Program-made: the position numbers and the translations under genes | Source of the DNA: Candidatus Dadabacteria bacterium | GTDB taxonomy: Bacteria; Desulfobacterota_D; UBA1144; Nemesobacterales; CSP1-2 | NCBI GenBank assembly: GCA_963805855.1 | Contig: CAWDVW010000007.1 | Coordinates: 640,001 to 704,000, forward strand | Reading direction: 5' to 3' | Length of the DNA stretch: 64,000 bases | Notes under the pieces: generated by a model | Databases searched by the model: none | What the model was told of the DNA's origin: nothing | What the model saw: only the letters and a program-made list of their open reading frames with translations | Part shown: positions 20,135 to 31,768 of the stretch, piece after piece | Layout of the letters: each line of letters starts with the position of its first letter | Position numbering within the stretch: position 1 is the stretch's first letter

Positions 20135-22462
20135 CTAAAACTCTAACAGGGCTGGATCTATTGATTCAACTACATCGCTCAAGTAACCCTTAATCTCGCT
20201 CAATTTCCTCTCACCTAGTATCGTCGATCGCACATCCCCCAAAAGACCTTTGTCTATTCGCTTGGACAGGAATTTTATAACCGGTGCGCGCGAAGGGGAG
20301 ACGCTCAGATTATTGTAACCTATTGAAACCAATGCCAGTGCCCCAGCAGGCGTTCCCGCCATCTCTCCGCAGACCGAGGTCTCCTTTCCCATAGAAGCCA
20401 GGTTCTGGTAAATATCGTCGAGCATCCTGAGAACGGAGGGGTGAAATTCAGAGTACAAATGGCCGACCACATTGGAATTCCTGTCCACCGCAAGCAGATA
20501 TTGGATTAAATCGTTAGTGCCGACAGATACAAAATCAATCAGGTCTCTATAATCATTAAATTGATAAAGCATTCCGGGTACCTCCATCATCACCCCCAGC
20601 TTAGGTAATTCTGATTCAGCGATTCCAACTTCGTTACCTATCTCCTCAATCAGACTCTTCGCCGTTTCCACCTCCCATACGTTAGATATCATGGGTAGAA
20701 GGATTCTGATTAGATGACCTTTTTTCATAGTAAATAAGATTGACCTGATCTGCTCGCGAAAATGTTCAAGGTATTCCATCGAGAATCTGATCGCTCTGAG
20801 ACCCAAAAGGGGGTTCTCTTCTTTTGGAAAATCAAAATATGATAAGGTCTTATCAGCGCCGATATCAAGAGTTCTAATCGTTATGTAGCCCTCAAAGTGT
20901 TTGGCAATATTCTCATATATACCCACCTGTTCCACCACGCCAGGCCATTTTTTAAATTGGGCAAAAGAAAATTCTGTTCTATAGAGACCAACATCTTTTA
21001 ATCTGTGCAGCTTGGCTATCTCCACATCAATGGGAAATGCTATATTTGCTGAAAGTTTTATGGGGAAACTATCGCTATCAGCTTTCGCCCCCTCCCTTTC
21101 AATTAATTCTTTGAGGTTGATGTGCTTCCGATAATTGTTTTCATATTCAGATACGAGACTATCGTCAGGGTTTGAGAAGATAAATCCTGTTTTTCCGTCC
21201 ACAATGAGCCTGTCGCCCGGCTTTAGCAGGCTGCAGATATTGTCAATCCCGACTACGGCGGGAATCCCAAATGACTTTGCAATAATAACGGCATGCGAAG
21301 TCTCTCCCCCCTTTTCAGTAATTATTGCCGAAACCCTATCTCTATCCAACATTGCCAGGAATGACGGACCGAGGTCATGTGCAACAATTATGGAACCATC
21401 GCTGATTCCATGCGCCAGATGTTCTTCTCCAATTGACGTCATAAGTTCGTGAAGAATCTTCTCGCCTATATCACGAAAGTCTTGAGCCCGCTCCTTTAGG
21501 TATTTATCATCAAGCCTTTCAAAGTCCGCCGCTACAGATTCTATCCCTTCGACAACAGCTTGCTCGGCTGAGACCCTTTTCCCCGCGAGCTTTTCCAAGA
21601 TAGCGTTTCTAAACCTAGAATCCTTCAGTATCAATAAATGCGCATTGAAAATATCAATCTCACTATCAGACAAGACACCCCTGGCCTTAAGATGGTTTAT
21701 AAGATCCTTGAAATCCTTCTCCACATTTGAAAATGCTTTTGATAGCCGTGATTTCTCTACTCTTATGGGAGAAACTGGTAGCTTATTGGCTTGTACGTGT
21801 TGAAAAAGGCCTGTAAAAATATATGCTTTACCGTAGGCAACCCCACCTGATACCCCCTTGCCCTGATAGGTTATAGTTTTATGTTTAATAATGGAAGGCG
21901 GTTTAACTCTATCGAGTCTATCGGCAACTTCCAAAAGTCCCGCAAGCCTTGATGCGATGATCTGAAATAGTGTCTCTTCCGCTGGATTTATTAGCCTCTT
22001 GTCTTTTGTCTGGCCTACTAAAACACCCAAGCACCTGTTTTGAAGTATGATCGGAACACCTATGAAACTTTCAAACTCTTCCTCCCCAATTTCTTCAAAA
22101 TATTTATAGCGCGGGTGCGCGGACGCCGGCATGACAATCAAGGTTCTTCGCGTTTCATAGACCAATCCAGTAAGGCCCTCTTCGGGCTTTAAACTAACGG
22201 GATTGCCAGGATCTATAATCAAACCTTTAGTAGATCGTAAGAATAGTTCTCTCTTATCATCATCCCAAATGTAAACCGAGACTACATCGAAGTGAAGCGA
22301 ATCGCTAATTTTATTGACGACACCATTTAGGATGATGTTAAGTCCGACCGCCTGATTTACAAGATCGCTGATTTCATGGACAATCTTAAGATGGTAATCT
22401 GCCCTCTCGATTGCTATGTTTTCTTTCATAAGATAGAGACTAAAAACTGGGTCCGACGACAA
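20135..22462 (-). CDS. ptsP: GAF-containing PEP-protein phosphotransferase (EI-Ntr); start may be the ATG at 22429
   Basis: N-terminal GAF domain; GGETSHA phospho-His; GLYRTEF; GTNDL; CGEMAG. Confidence 0.93.
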   Translation of the reverse strand: MSSDPVFSLYLMKENIAIERADYHLKIVHEISDLVNQAVGLNIILNGVVNKISDSLHFDVVSVYIWDDDKRELFLRSTKGLIIDPGNPVSLKPEEGLTGLVYETRRTLIVMPASAHPRYKYFEEIGEEEFESFIGVPIILQNRCLGVLVGQTKDKRLINPAEETLFQIIASRLAGLLEVADRLDRVKPPSIIKHKTITYQGKGVSGGVAYGKAYIFTGLFQHVQANKLPVSPIRVEKSRLSKAFSNVEKDFKDLINHLKARGVLSDSEIDIFNAHLLILKDSRFRNAILEKLAGKRVSAEQAVVEGIESVAADFERLDDKYLKERAQDFRDIGEKILHELMTSIGEEHLAHGISDGSIIVAHDLGPSFLAMLDRDRVSAIITEKGGETSHAVIIAKSFGIPAVVGIDNICSLLKPGDRLIVDGKTGFIFSNPDDSLVSEYENNYRKHINLKELIEREGAKADSDSFPIKLSANIAFPIDVEIAKLHRLKDVGLYRTEFSFAQFKKWPGVVEQVGIYENIAKHFEGYITIRTLDIGADKTLSYFDFPKEENPLLGLRAIRFSMEYLEHFREQIRSILFTMKKGHLIRILLPMISNVWEVETAKSLIEEIGNEVGIAESELPKLGVMMEVPGMLYQFNDYRDLIDFVSVGTNDLIQYLLAVDRNSNVVGHLYSEFHPSVLRMLDDIYQNLASMGKETSVCGEMAGTPAGALALVSIGYNNLSVSPSRAPVIKFLSKRIDKGLLGDVRSTILGERKLSEIKGYLSDVVESIDPALLEF

Positions 22463-22636
22463 AAACTCTGAGATCCTAAAACATATTATACCGAAAAGAA
22501 ATATTTAGTGTATCTCATCCAAAATCACTGAAACTCCACACAAGCTTAGTAATTAACAAATGCACTAAAATATTGAAAAAACAAAAATGTAACATTCAAG
22601 AAAAGGTTGTCGGAAGCATTGACTTTTTTTTATAGG

Positions 22637-22645
22637 TGATATAAT
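22637..22645 (+). promoter_or_regulatory. Extended -10 promoter for fpr
   Basis: TGATATAAT, with TTGACT at 22619-22624. Confidence 0.5.
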
Positions 22646-22752
22646 TAACAAGTCTTTTCCATCTATTGATCAATAAACCGTTGTGAGATTTGCTAATTAA
22701 ATTTAATGCGTACAAGAAAAGTGATCAAATATTTGTCAGTACAGAGTCCAGT

Positions 22753-23466
22753 ATGTCCACGAACAAATTAACAGCAATAGTAATTGAGAAGAAATTCATT
22801 ACAGATAACCTCATGGTTATTAAAATTAAGCCGAATTCTCCGTTCGTTTTTAGACCGGGCCAATATTGTACCGTGGGTTTCAACGGAAGTGAAAGACCAT
22901 ATTCTATCGTATCAGCACCACATGAGGAATATATAGAGTTATTTGTTGAGTTAGTACGAGACGGCACACTGACCCCAGGTTTACGGAAGGTTAACTCTGG
23001 AGATATTATTAACATCAGACCAAGGGCAAAGGGAATATTTACCCTTGACGACAATTATGATAACCATTTCATGATTGCAACAGTTACTGGCATCGCTCCC
23101 ATACTAAGTATGATAAGAGATTCATTACACCACGGTGTGAATCCACATAAATTTTATATAATTCACGGAGCAAGCTTCGAAAAAGAGCTTGCATACAGGG
23201 TTGAATTGGAAAACCTATCAACGATACACGATGATATATTTTATACGCCGACAGTGAGCAGGCCCCATGATCCCGAAAACAACCGATGGGAGGGCGAAAC
23301 TGGCAGGGTCAATAGTATTTTTTATAAATACATTGATAAATTTTCTCTGAGTCATGAAAATACATTAATATACGCCTGCGGACACCCCGAAATGGTCGAA
23401 GATGTTAAGGCGCAGGCAAGGGGAAAAGGATTCATGGTCAAAGTCGAAAAATACTGGAGCAATTAG
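22753..23466 (+). CDS. fpr: Ferredoxin(flavodoxin)-NADP+ reductase
   Basis: RPYSIVS, ATVTGIAP, YACGHPEM, EKYW. Confidence 0.88.
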   Translation: MSTNKLTAIVIEKKFITDNLMVIKIKPNSPFVFRPGQYCTVGFNGSERPYSIVSAPHEEYIELFVELVRDGTLTPGLRKVNSGDIINIRPRAKGIFTLDDNYDNHFMIATVTGIAPILSMIRDSLHHGVNPHKFYIIHGASFEKELAYRVELENLSTIHDDIFYTPTVSRPHDPENNRWEGETGRVNSIFYKYIDKFSLSHENTLIYACGHPEMVEDVKAQARGKGFMVKVEKYWSN

Positions 23467-23640
23467 AAACTTATCATTAAAATCGTGAGGAATTCAATCG
23501 CAACATAAAGATTCGAATTGAATCCGATAATCAAGAAGTTCCGATTGAGTAAATCATGAACATACGCACTTTTAAGTGTCGTACCTCTCGAATCAACAGG
23601 AAATAATTAAGACAGATTATCGACAACTTCTTATCATTGA

Positions 23641-25662
23641 TCATCCTGTTTTCGGAAGCAAATAAACCTGCTTCCGTATTGGATCTGCCTTCACTACGGT
23701 CAGCTTCAATTGCTCGCCTTCGTTTAAAACCGTCTCCGAATTAAGAGAGATTGGTACTTCCAAAAGGTAATCCGGAAGATAAACAGAAGCACCGGAGCCG
23801 GTCAAAGAGCTAATTATTCCCCTTATATCCTCTCCCTGAAGGTTTCTTATGTGTTTAAATACCCAGTACTTTTCTCTGGATTTTTCAACCATCTTTTTTT
23901 CACGAAGCCCAAAATCAACGTAATGGAATATACTCTCGAGCTCTTCTATTGTGTAATACAACCCGCTTCCATCGAGAAAACTACACAATTGCCTTTGTAA
24001 AACCAAATCTAGATATCTCCTGATGGGAGAGGTTATCTGTAAGTAGACATCCAACCCGAGTAGCATGTGCGGCTCCGGCGAGTTTCCAATTCTTGACGGT
24101 CTCAGAAATCTCACCGCCCTCAAAGGGAACAACGGATCTTCTTCGTCAAGTTCCCTAGCTTCTTTAGATATAGGGTCTGGCTGAGAGCGAAAGATTGCAG
24201 GGATGTCATTTATCTTGAAAAACCTTGCTGCTAACCAATTCATGAGAATCATAAACTCGGTAACAACTCTGTGGGCGGTAGTATTCATATAATTCTTTCT
24301 AATTTCTACCTTACCATTCTCATTTAACTTAATCTTCAGATCGGGAAGCTCCAGTATAAACGCACCCGATTCCACTCTTCTTTTTCTGAGGTTAAAAGCT
24401 ATATCGATTAGTTTGGAGCCATTCTCATATCCGGATAAGGCTTCTTCCGCATTTTTGTAACTGAGATTTCGATGTACATGGATTTTCGATTTAGTAAACC
24501 TGTAATGCTTAATTTTTAAATTTTCGTCAAATAAGACCAGCAGTGAAATTGCTTTTTTTGGGGATCCCTCCGTGAGGCTGAATTTCGTACTTACCAAATT
24601 CAGCGGGAACATATGTATATTTCCTTCAGGGAGATAAATTGTTTCACCTCTGCTCTTTGCCTCTTCATCTAACTGACTCCATCTGGGCACATAACTAGCA
24701 ACATCAGAAATGTGAACACCAACAATAAATCCCTCAGAGACTCTCTGTATTGAAATAGCGTCGTCTATGTCAAGCGTGCCCTCATCATCAATAGTGAATG
24801 TTTCAACACTTGTTAGATCCTCCCTTCCTTCAAAACCAGCATTACGGTTTATAATCGCTGAAACTTCATCAGCTATGCGCTGGGAAAAACCGGCCTTGAG
24901 ACCCAGCCTTTCAATCAAAGGATCTTCATCTTCATTCCACTTTCCGGCTTTTATAAGAAACTCGAGTGCATCTTCTATGCTTCTTATACCTATCTCAGAA
25001 AGAAATGATTTGGCATCTGCGGATTTTTCATATCTCTCGAGATACACTACATATCCCTTGATCAGTTCAAGGTATCTTTCGGCAAATTTTGCTTCCGCCC
25101 CCTCTTCATCTACACCTTTTATGACACCCCTTGCCCACTTTACGGCCAACTCACGTTCAACACGCTTCTTCTTCTCAGTCTCCTTACGTTGAACCGCATC
25201 TTCTACTTCCCCTGCCGTTCTGGGCGTATACCCACCGTCATCATTACTGAAATAAATGTCATCCTTTTCCAGTGCCCAAAAAAGCAGAAGTGCCTCATCG
25301 TCACGAATGTTATCTTTATCACTTTCTCCAAAATAAATATCGACCATTTGCTCCAGGGTTAAAAGATTTGTAGATTCATAGACACATTCCCAGAGGGTTT
25401 TTAAATCTACTGCTGCTTGGCTATCTTCGAGCTTTTTCCTGATCGTCCTAAGCCGGAGTTTTTTCTCTGAGAGAGTCAATTCATTCTCACACTTAATCCC
25501 TGTGGACAGCACTACCCTTCTCATATCCAGATCTAGCTCATTTCCGTCTTCTGTAAGTACCGATAGCTTCTCGGCGACATTTTTTCTTGCCAACCCCAAT
25601 GAGAGATCCTTTCTTTTTCTGAATACAACCAACTCATGAACAACAGGATTCTTTCTAATCAT
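23641..25662 (-). CDS. RNB-domain exoribonuclease (RNase II/R family)
   Basis: TIDDEGTLDIDDA, HISDV, TSPIRRYLD. Confidence 0.92.
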   Translation of the reverse strand: MIRKNPVVHELVVFRKRKDLSLGLARKNVAEKLSVLTEDGNELDLDMRRVVLSTGIKCENELTLSEKKLRLRTIRKKLEDSQAAVDLKTLWECVYESTNLLTLEQMVDIYFGESDKDNIRDDEALLLFWALEKDDIYFSNDDGGYTPRTAGEVEDAVQRKETEKKKRVERELAVKWARGVIKGVDEEGAEAKFAERYLELIKGYVVYLERYEKSADAKSFLSEIGIRSIEDALEFLIKAGKWNEDEDPLIERLGLKAGFSQRIADEVSAIINRNAGFEGREDLTSVETFTIDDEGTLDIDDAISIQRVSEGFIVGVHISDVASYVPRWSQLDEEAKSRGETIYLPEGNIHMFPLNLVSTKFSLTEGSPKKAISLLVLFDENLKIKHYRFTKSKIHVHRNLSYKNAEEALSGYENGSKLIDIAFNLRKRRVESGAFILELPDLKIKLNENGKVEIRKNYMNTTAHRVVTEFMILMNWLAARFFKINDIPAIFRSQPDPISKEARELDEEDPLFPLRAVRFLRPSRIGNSPEPHMLLGLDVYLQITSPIRRYLDLVLQRQLCSFLDGSGLYYTIEELESIFHYVDFGLREKKMVEKSREKYWVFKHIRNLQGEDIRGIISSLTGSGASVYLPDYLLEVPISLNSETVLNEGEQLKLTVVKADPIRKQVYLLPKTG

Positions 25663-25742
25663 CTTGCAATCTTACGAGAAACATTTTTTTGCTTATTTTA
25701 CGAAGAAGATTCTTGTGCATACAAGATATTGCACTTTAAATC

Positions 25743-27356
25743 TTAAAAAGAAAGTGAGGATTTATACTCTAGTGCAACCCTTACAAAATCTCTAAAGAGG
25801 GGGCTTGGGTTTATTGGCGTAGACTTAAATTCCGGGTGAAACTGACATCCCACAAACCAAGGGTGGTTTTGTAACTCTATTATCTCCACTAATTTCCCAT
25901 CCGGTGAAAGACCACTTAGAACCATACCATTCTTCTCGAAAATTTCCCGGTATTCATTATTAATTTCGTACCTATGTCTATGACGTTCAGATATCTCATC
26001 TGTCTTGTATGCGCTGTGTGCCAGTGTCCCTGATTTTAACGAGCAAACGTAAGCACCAAGCCTCATGGTGCCCCCTTTATCTTTTATCGACCTTTGTTGT
26101 TCCATAAGGTCGACGACCGGGAAGGGTGCGTCAGGAGCAAACTCAATCGTATGGGCACCGGTCAGTCCACACATGTTTCTTGCGTATTCAACTACCGCCA
26201 TCTGCATCCCGAGGCAGATTCCGAAAAAGGGCACCCTTCGTTCTCTGGCAAACGTCACTGCCTGGATTTTACCTTCGAAGCCCCTTGTACCGAATCCTCC
26301 GGGGACCAAAATTCCATGCACGTCACCAAGCAATGATTCCGTTCCATCTGATTCGATTTCCTCAGAGTCCACGTATTTAACGTTAACCCGTGAATCATTT
26401 GCTATCCCACTATGCGATAACGCTTCATGAAGGCTCTTATAAGAATCATTATGACTTACATATTTACCCACAACCCCAATCGTTACATCCGACTTCGGGT
26501 TTTTGAGTTTTTCAACTATCTCTTTCCATTTCTTTATATCTGGTTTTCTGGTCCACATATTTAAAGATTCAACTATTATCTCATCAAGCCCTTCCCTGTG
26601 GAAAATTAAGGGGACCTCGTAAATCGTATCAACATCTTTTGCACTTATGACAGCTTGAATCTTTACATTGCAAAAAAGCGCAATCTTCTCTTTTATAGCA
26701 TTTGGAAGAAATCTATCGGTTCTGCAGAGTAGCACATCTGGCTGAATTCCAATCTGAAGCAAGTCTTTAACGCTATGTTGCGTTGGCTTGGTCTTCAGCT
26801 CTCCCGCTGGAGCTACAAAAGGCACATACGTAAGATGAACAAAGAGGGTATTCACCCGTCCCAGGTCAGCCCTTAACTGCCTTACGGCTTCAAGAAACGG
26901 GAGACTTTCTATATCTCCCACGGTTCCTCCAATTTCTACAATTACAACATCTACGTCTTTTGCTATATCCAGTATGCAAGATTTAATTTCATCTGTTATA
27001 TGTGGGATTACCTGAACGGTAGCACCTAGATATTCACCTTCCCGTTCCTTGGTTATTACAGAATTATATATCTGCCCAGATGTAAAATTGTTCTTGCTTG
27101 TGAGATTTGCATGAGTAAAACGCTGATAGTGTCCAAGGTCTAAATCTGTTTCTGCGCCGTCATCGGTAACATAAACTTCGCCATGCTGTAATGGATTCAT
27201 GGTACCTGGATCGATGTTCAGATAGGGATCGAGTTTTTGAAGTGTCACCCTCAATCCACGGCTCTCAAGAAGTGCACCAATGGATGCGGCTGCGAGGCCT
27301 TTCCCAAGGGAGGACATCACACCGCCTGTCACAAAAATAAATTTTGTCTTTTTCAT
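25743..27356 (-). CDS. pyrG: CTP synthase
   Basis: [22 protein letters not shown]. Confidence 0.99.
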   Translation of the reverse strand: MKKTKFIFVTGGVMSSLGKGLAAASIGALLESRGLRVTLQKLDPYLNIDPGTMNPLQHGEVYVTDDGAETDLDLGHYQRFTHANLTSKNNFTSGQIYNSVITKEREGEYLGATVQVIPHITDEIKSCILDIAKDVDVVIVEIGGTVGDIESLPFLEAVRQLRADLGRVNTLFVHLTYVPFVAPAGELKTKPTQHSVKDLLQIGIQPDVLLCRTDRFLPNAIKEKIALFCNVKIQAVISAKDVDTIYEVPLIFHREGLDEIIVESLNMWTRKPDIKKWKEIVEKLKNPKSDVTIGVVGKYVSHNDSYKSLHEALSHSGIANDSRVNVKYVDSEEIESDGTESLLGDVHGILVPGGFGTRGFEGKIQAVTFARERRVPFFGICLGMQMAVVEYARNMCGLTGAHTIEFAPDAPFPVVDLMEQQRSIKDKGGTMRLGAYVCSLKSGTLAHSAYKTDEISERHRHRYEINNEYREIFEKNGMVLSGLSPDGKLVEIIELQNHPWFVGCQFHPEFKSTPINPSPLFRDFVRVALEYKSSLSF

Positions 27357-27500
27357 TAGGCCTTATGCAAATTGTGAAGTAGATTGCCACCGTATACAGC
27401 AACTAACATTAATATATTCAATACTAAAAAATCATGCAAATCGTTGCATTTAAACCGAATCAAATCACGATCTACTAAAATCGGCATCGCAAATTAGAGA

Positions 27501-28106
27501 CTACTCACATAGAAGCTTCTTTAGATCTCTTACCGCCCGCGCCCTGTGGCTTATCTGATTTTTTTCATCTAAGGTGAGTTCAGCCATGGTTTTATTTAAA
27601 TCTTTTGAGAAGAAGACAGGATCGTAGCCAAACCCGCTGGTACCTCTAGGCTTATGAAGAATTATTCCTTCGCACCGGCCTTCAGCTATCACCTGTCTTC
27701 CATCTGGAAAAACCAGGGCAAGGCTACAGACAAAGCAGGCCTTTCTATTGGGTTTATTAATCAGTTGCAAGAGTAGTTTCGCGATGTTTTCTTCATCACT
27801 TGATCTCTCTCCTGCAAATCTTGACGAAAAAATTCCCGGTTTGCCGTCGAGGACTTCGACTTCAAGTCCGGAATCATCGGCTAGACATATTTTATCTGTC
27901 AGTAAACTTATATGACGCGCCTTCTTAATAGCATTCTCCGAGTAAGTATTCCCATCTTCGATTACATTGTATACAGAATCTAACTCGCACAAGGAGGACA
28001 TTTTCTTTACGAGGCCTCCCAGCAGTATCTTGAATTCTTTGATCTTTCCTGCGTTTCTAGAAGCGAGTATGACTTCGTCCAGCATGATTGTAAATTGATC
28101 CGACAA
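27501..28106 (-). CDS. rdgB: dITP/XTP pyrophosphatase
   Basis: ASRNAGK, ADDSGL, GFGYDP, SHR. Confidence 0.96.
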   Translation of the reverse strand: MSDQFTIMLDEVILASRNAGKIKEFKILLGGLVKKMSSLCELDSVYNVIEDGNTYSENAIKKARHISLLTDKICLADDSGLEVEVLDGKPGIFSSRFAGERSSDEENIAKLLLQLINKPNRKACFVCSLALVFPDGRQVIAEGRCEGIILHKPRGTSGFGYDPVFFSKDLNKTMAELTLDEKNQISHRARAVRDLKKLLCE

Positions 28107-28117
28107 TATTTCTCTCT

Positions 28118-28834
28118 TTACTGAGAAATCGCCTCTTTCTGTTTTCTAATGATCCTTGTAATACCATTTCCTGCAAGATTCAACATTATATCTAACTGCT
28201 CCTTGCTGAATGGTTCTTTTTCCGATGTACCCTGAATCTCGACTATTTTCCCCGATCCAGTCATGGCGACATTCATATCCACCTCGGCGATTGAATCTTC
28301 CTCATAACAAAGATCTAGTATAGGTTTACCTTTCACCAGACCCACACTGACAGCAGCAATGAAATCATTAATCGGGTTTTCGGATATGAGACCCCGTTCT
28401 AATAGATTAAAAACTGCATATGTGAGAGCAACAAAGGCACCGTTTATCGAAGCGGTTCGCGTGCCACCATCAGCTTGAACCACGTCGCAGTCGAGTATAA
28501 TCGATCTTTCCCCGAGTTTATTAAGATCTACTACCGCCCTGATTGCTCGTCCGATTATTCGCTGAATCTCCTGTGATCTACCACCCACCCTACCCCTAAC
28601 AGAATCCCGGGTTGTTCTCGTTTTTGTGGCTCTGGGCAACATAGAGTACTCGCTAGTTATCCATCCCGTACCGGTCCCTTTGAGAAAATTTGGAACACCT
28701 TCCTCTACCGATCCCGAACACAAAACCTTAGTATCTCCCATTTCGATGAATGCCTCACCTTCTGCATACTTCATATTTCCCCTAGTTATTCTCAATGGCC
28801 TCATCTCATTCCACTTTCTTCTGTCTGGACGCAT
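28118..28834 (-). CDS. rph: Ribonuclease PH
   Basis: [27 protein letters not shown]. Confidence 0.98.
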   Translation of the reverse strand: MRPDRRKWNEMRPLRITRGNMKYAEGEAFIEMGDTKVLCSGSVEEGVPNFLKGTGTGWITSEYSMLPRATKTRTTRDSVRGRVGGRSQEIQRIIGRAIRAVVDLNKLGERSIILDCDVVQADGGTRTASINGAFVALTYAVFNLLERGLISENPINDFIAAVSVGLVKGKPILDLCYEEDSIAEVDMNVAMTGSGKIVEIQGTSEKEPFSKEQLDIMLNLAGNGITRIIRKQKEAISQ

Positions 28835-28936
28835 GACCCTAATTTACCTTCTACAAGATCTAATTTTCACGAAATAATAACATATTAGTTTGACATAAAT
28901 CAGGAAATCTCTCTGTTGGAATTATTCATAATAAAG

Positions 28937-28964
28937 GTGGAGACGCAAATTTTTGCGTCTCTAC
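28937..28964. repeat. GTAG-type REP palindrome
   Basis: GTGGAGACGCAAATTTTTGCGTCTCTAC. Confidence 0.75.
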
Positions 28965-29040
28965 TACAAAAGATAAATCATTATCGCGATTATGGAATTT
29001 TGAAATTCCTATAAACTTATTAAAAGTAGGATATTAATAC

Positions 29041-29397
29041 TGGTGGAGGCGCTGGGAATCGAACCCAGGTCCGAGAAAGAGCTTCACCCAGCTTCTACAT
29101 GTTTAGCCCAGCATTCTTTTCTCAAAGTGAAATCTCCGATGGGCAGGACTTTCACTTCCAGCTTGAGAATTTGCTTCATCAGTTTATGTCTCAAGCACCA
29201 GCAACTGACTAACCCGTCTAGTCGGCGCCTCATAAAAACCCAACGGGTGAGGCTTTTACAGACGTCACAGCTCTATTTAGGCTGCGAGTGCATTAATTGG
29301 TTCGGCACTTATACGTGCTCTGCCATTTTTACGAGTTAACAGAAGCTCGACATGCTGCTCAAGCTATCCCATTCCCCGTCGAAGCCATTTCGCCCCC
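29041..29397 (-). ncRNA. ssrA: tmRNA; tag peptide AEPINALAA (29277-29306)
   Basis: 5' GGGGGCGAAATGGCTTCGAC, 3' GGGTTCGATTCCCAGCGCCTCCACCA, tag ending LAA-stop, adjacent to smpB. Confidence 0.97.
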
Positions 29398-29527
29398 AAT
29401 TTTGAAAGAACAATAAGCAAATTCCAAATCTCAAATTAAGAAAATCATTTACGCCGATCTTTATTTGTAATTTGGAGCTTGCAACTTAATATTCAACGTA
29501 CAAGTATAACTATTGTCAAAAGCAAAC

Positions 29528-29977
29528 TCAATAACGTTTCTTTAAAGCCTTTTCTACCTCTCTTTCTGCGTCGCGCCGCTTTATATCCTCTCGTCTGTCA
29601 AATGATCTTTTTCCCTTAGCAAGGCCCAACTCAACTTTTGCAAGGCCATTTGTGAAATAGATCTTAACGGGTATCAATGTATAACCCCTTATCCGTACCT
29701 TTCCAATGAGTCGATTAATCTCGCTTCTATGAAGTAGTAATTTCCTATCCCTCTCCGGTTCGTGATTAAATATGTTCGCACTTTCGTAAGGGGCTATATA
29801 ACTGTTGATTAAAAACAACTCATCACCTCTTACGATTGCAAAGCTCTCTTTAATACTCGCCTTTCCATCGCGCAGAGATTTAACCTCCGAACCCATAAGT
29901 TCTATTCCAGTTTCATACCTTTCCTCAAGAAAGAAGTCTCTATGCGCTTTGGGATTCTTACAAACGATCTTTTGCAT
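29528..29977 (-). CDS. smpB: SsrA-binding protein
   Basis: GIELMGSEVKSLR, RKLLLH, GKRSFDRRE. Confidence 0.98.
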   Translation of the reverse strand: MQKIVCKNPKAHRDFFLEERYETGIELMGSEVKSLRDGKASIKESFAIVRGDELFLINSYIAPYESANIFNHEPERDRKLLLHRSEINRLIGKVRIRGYTLIPVKIYFTNGLAKVELGLAKGKRSFDRREDIKRRDAEREVEKALKKRY

Positions 29978-30275
29978 AAAATTAATATAATGATTGGATT
30001 ATTGAATTCAATTTCCCGACTTTTCCGCGACTTGAAAATCAATCCTATTGTGAGAGATGCTGTCTATGAGAGAATCGTTTTTCAAAACCAGTATTGAAAC
30101 GCAGATGTGTTCCCTGAAATTAGAAGAAAACCTTTTCATTAAAAACGGAGCTCTTTGATTCCTCGTTAATTATATCACAGCCCACAAGGGGATCGGCCAA
30201 ACTGTTAATTAGTATAGCAATATTAACAGTCAGTTACAAATATACATTAGAGTAACTTCTTAGATGTTCCACGAA

Positions 30276-30725
30276 TCAAAAAACCTTGTTACTATCCAAT
30301 AACAATGTGACAGGCCCTGAATTTATCAGATTTACATCCATCACTGCCCCAAATCTACCGGTTTCGACTTTCATCCCCTTTTTCCTTATTTCTTCTACAA
30401 AAAGATCATATAGACTCACTGCAAGTTCGGGGGCAGCGGCTTCATCAAAAGATGGTCTCCTCCCCTTCCTGCAGTCACCATAGAGCGTAAATTGGGAGAC
30501 CACCAAGATCTCACCGCCTTTATCCATAATTGACAGGTTCATTCTTCCCGCATGATCTTCAAAAATTCTTAAACCCAAAACCTTCTCAACCAGGTATTCG
30601 ACGTCCTCAATTGAATCATCACTTTTAATTCCCAATAGCAGAAGTAATCCCTCCCTGATCCTTCCCACGAGTTCTCTGTCAACTTCTACTCGAGCGTGTT
30701 TAACCCTCTGTACAACCAGTCGCAT
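30276..30725 (-). CDS. dtd: D-aminoacyl-tRNA deacylase
   Basis: VVQRV, SQFTL, NSGPVT. Confidence 0.98.
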   Translation of the reverse strand: MRLVVQRVKHARVEVDRELVGRIREGLLLLLGIKSDDSIEDVEYLVEKVLGLRIFEDHAGRMNLSIMDKGGEILVVSQFTLYGDCRKGRRPSFDEAAAPELAVSLYDLFVEEIRKKGMKVETGRFGAVMDVNLINSGPVTLLLDSNKVF

Positions 30726-30814
30726 GGTGCTATACCTGATTCAATATAAGTAGAATTTCCGAATTAAAAAATTTAATTAACACACAAGATGTCAGTTCCA
30801 CGATATTTTAATAT

Positions 30815-31768
30815 CTATTGTTCACCCTCTTTAACTATGTTCAATAGTTTTTCAATACTTCTATCATCCACGACAGACGATAGATAGGATAATAATTCGG
30901 AAAGTCTGTCTGAGGTTCCAAAGGTCAATCTGATTTCCAGATCATTACCTTCAAAGAAAGGGGAATGATATAAAGTAATACCTTTAGGAAGATTAAAACC
31001 ACTTAGGCATGTCTTATAGTTTTCTTCAACTTTACTCAAGGTAGGGTATCTCAATCTTCTTAGTGCATGTCTAAACTCGTTCTTTCCTCCGGACCCGCCT
31101 ATTTCAGATGAGATGCGGTCGATTATTTTACCAAGCGACACTTTGTCCCTTGAGGCCACTGCCACTAAATCTCTGATCATTTCTCTTGTTTCATTGTTGT
31201 TAAACTTAAACCTCTTAAGGATCCTCCTAAGAATTTCAAGCCTTTTATCCCCATCCACTTCACTTAACGAGACGACCTGCTCTAACGAGATCTTTTCTGT
31301 ATAGCAAGCCTCCTTAATTTCGCTCTCCAGGCCTGTCAAAGACATGTATCTTTCAAGATTTTTTCTTGTAGCTCCAATCCCGATCAGTGGAAGGACTTTC
31401 TGAATTAGGTCATCGTCATTTAAATCGCATAAGAGCTTGAATTTGAAGATTAGCTCGGCCTTATCGATTTCATTTAATCTTTGCTGATTTTCATAAAGTA
31501 CAAATTGTAGACAATCCTCATCCGACAACTCGTCCATCTCATATACAATGGATGGAATTTCATCGCAGCCTAGCTGCTTACAAACCTTGATCCGTCTCCA
31601 TCCGCATATGATTTGATATTTGTCCCCATTCCTTCTTAAGGACGGCGGATTTATTATCCCAACTTCCTCAATGGAATTTAGAATACCAGTGTAATCGTCT
31701 GAAGAGCCAATTAAAAATATCTTATCATGAAAATCTAACGCTGATATTTGAACGGCTTCAAACTTCAT
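30815..31768 (-). CDS. ParB/Srx N-terminal domain protein
   Basis: SIEEVGIINPP...YQIICGWRR. Confidence 0.8.
   Translation of the reverse strand: MKFEAVQISALDFHDKIFLIGSSDDYTGILNSIEEVGIINPPSLRRNGDKYQIICGWRRIKVCKQLGCDEIPSIVYEMDELSDEDCLQFVLYENQQRLNEIDKAELIFKFKLLCDLNDDDLIQKVLPLIGIGATRKNLERYMSLTGLESEIKEACYTEKISLEQVVSLSEVDGDKRLEILRRILKRFKFNNNETREMIRDLVAVASRDKVSLGKIIDRISSEIGGSGGKNEFRHALRRLRYPTLSKVEENYKTCLSGFNLPKGITLYHSPFFEGNDLEIRLTFGTSDRLSELLSYLSSVVDDRSIEKLLNIVKEGEQ

Noticed and set aside
22665-22676. Possible FNR box upstream of fpr
   Set aside because: TATTGATCAATA lacks the 4 bp spacer of TTGAT-N4-ATCAA
28835-29041. Possible genomic island integrated at the ssrA 3' end
   Set aside because: No integrase and no duplicated 3' end; rph follows directly
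29043-29339. 98 aa plus-strand ORF
   Set aside because: Antisense shadow of the tmRNA
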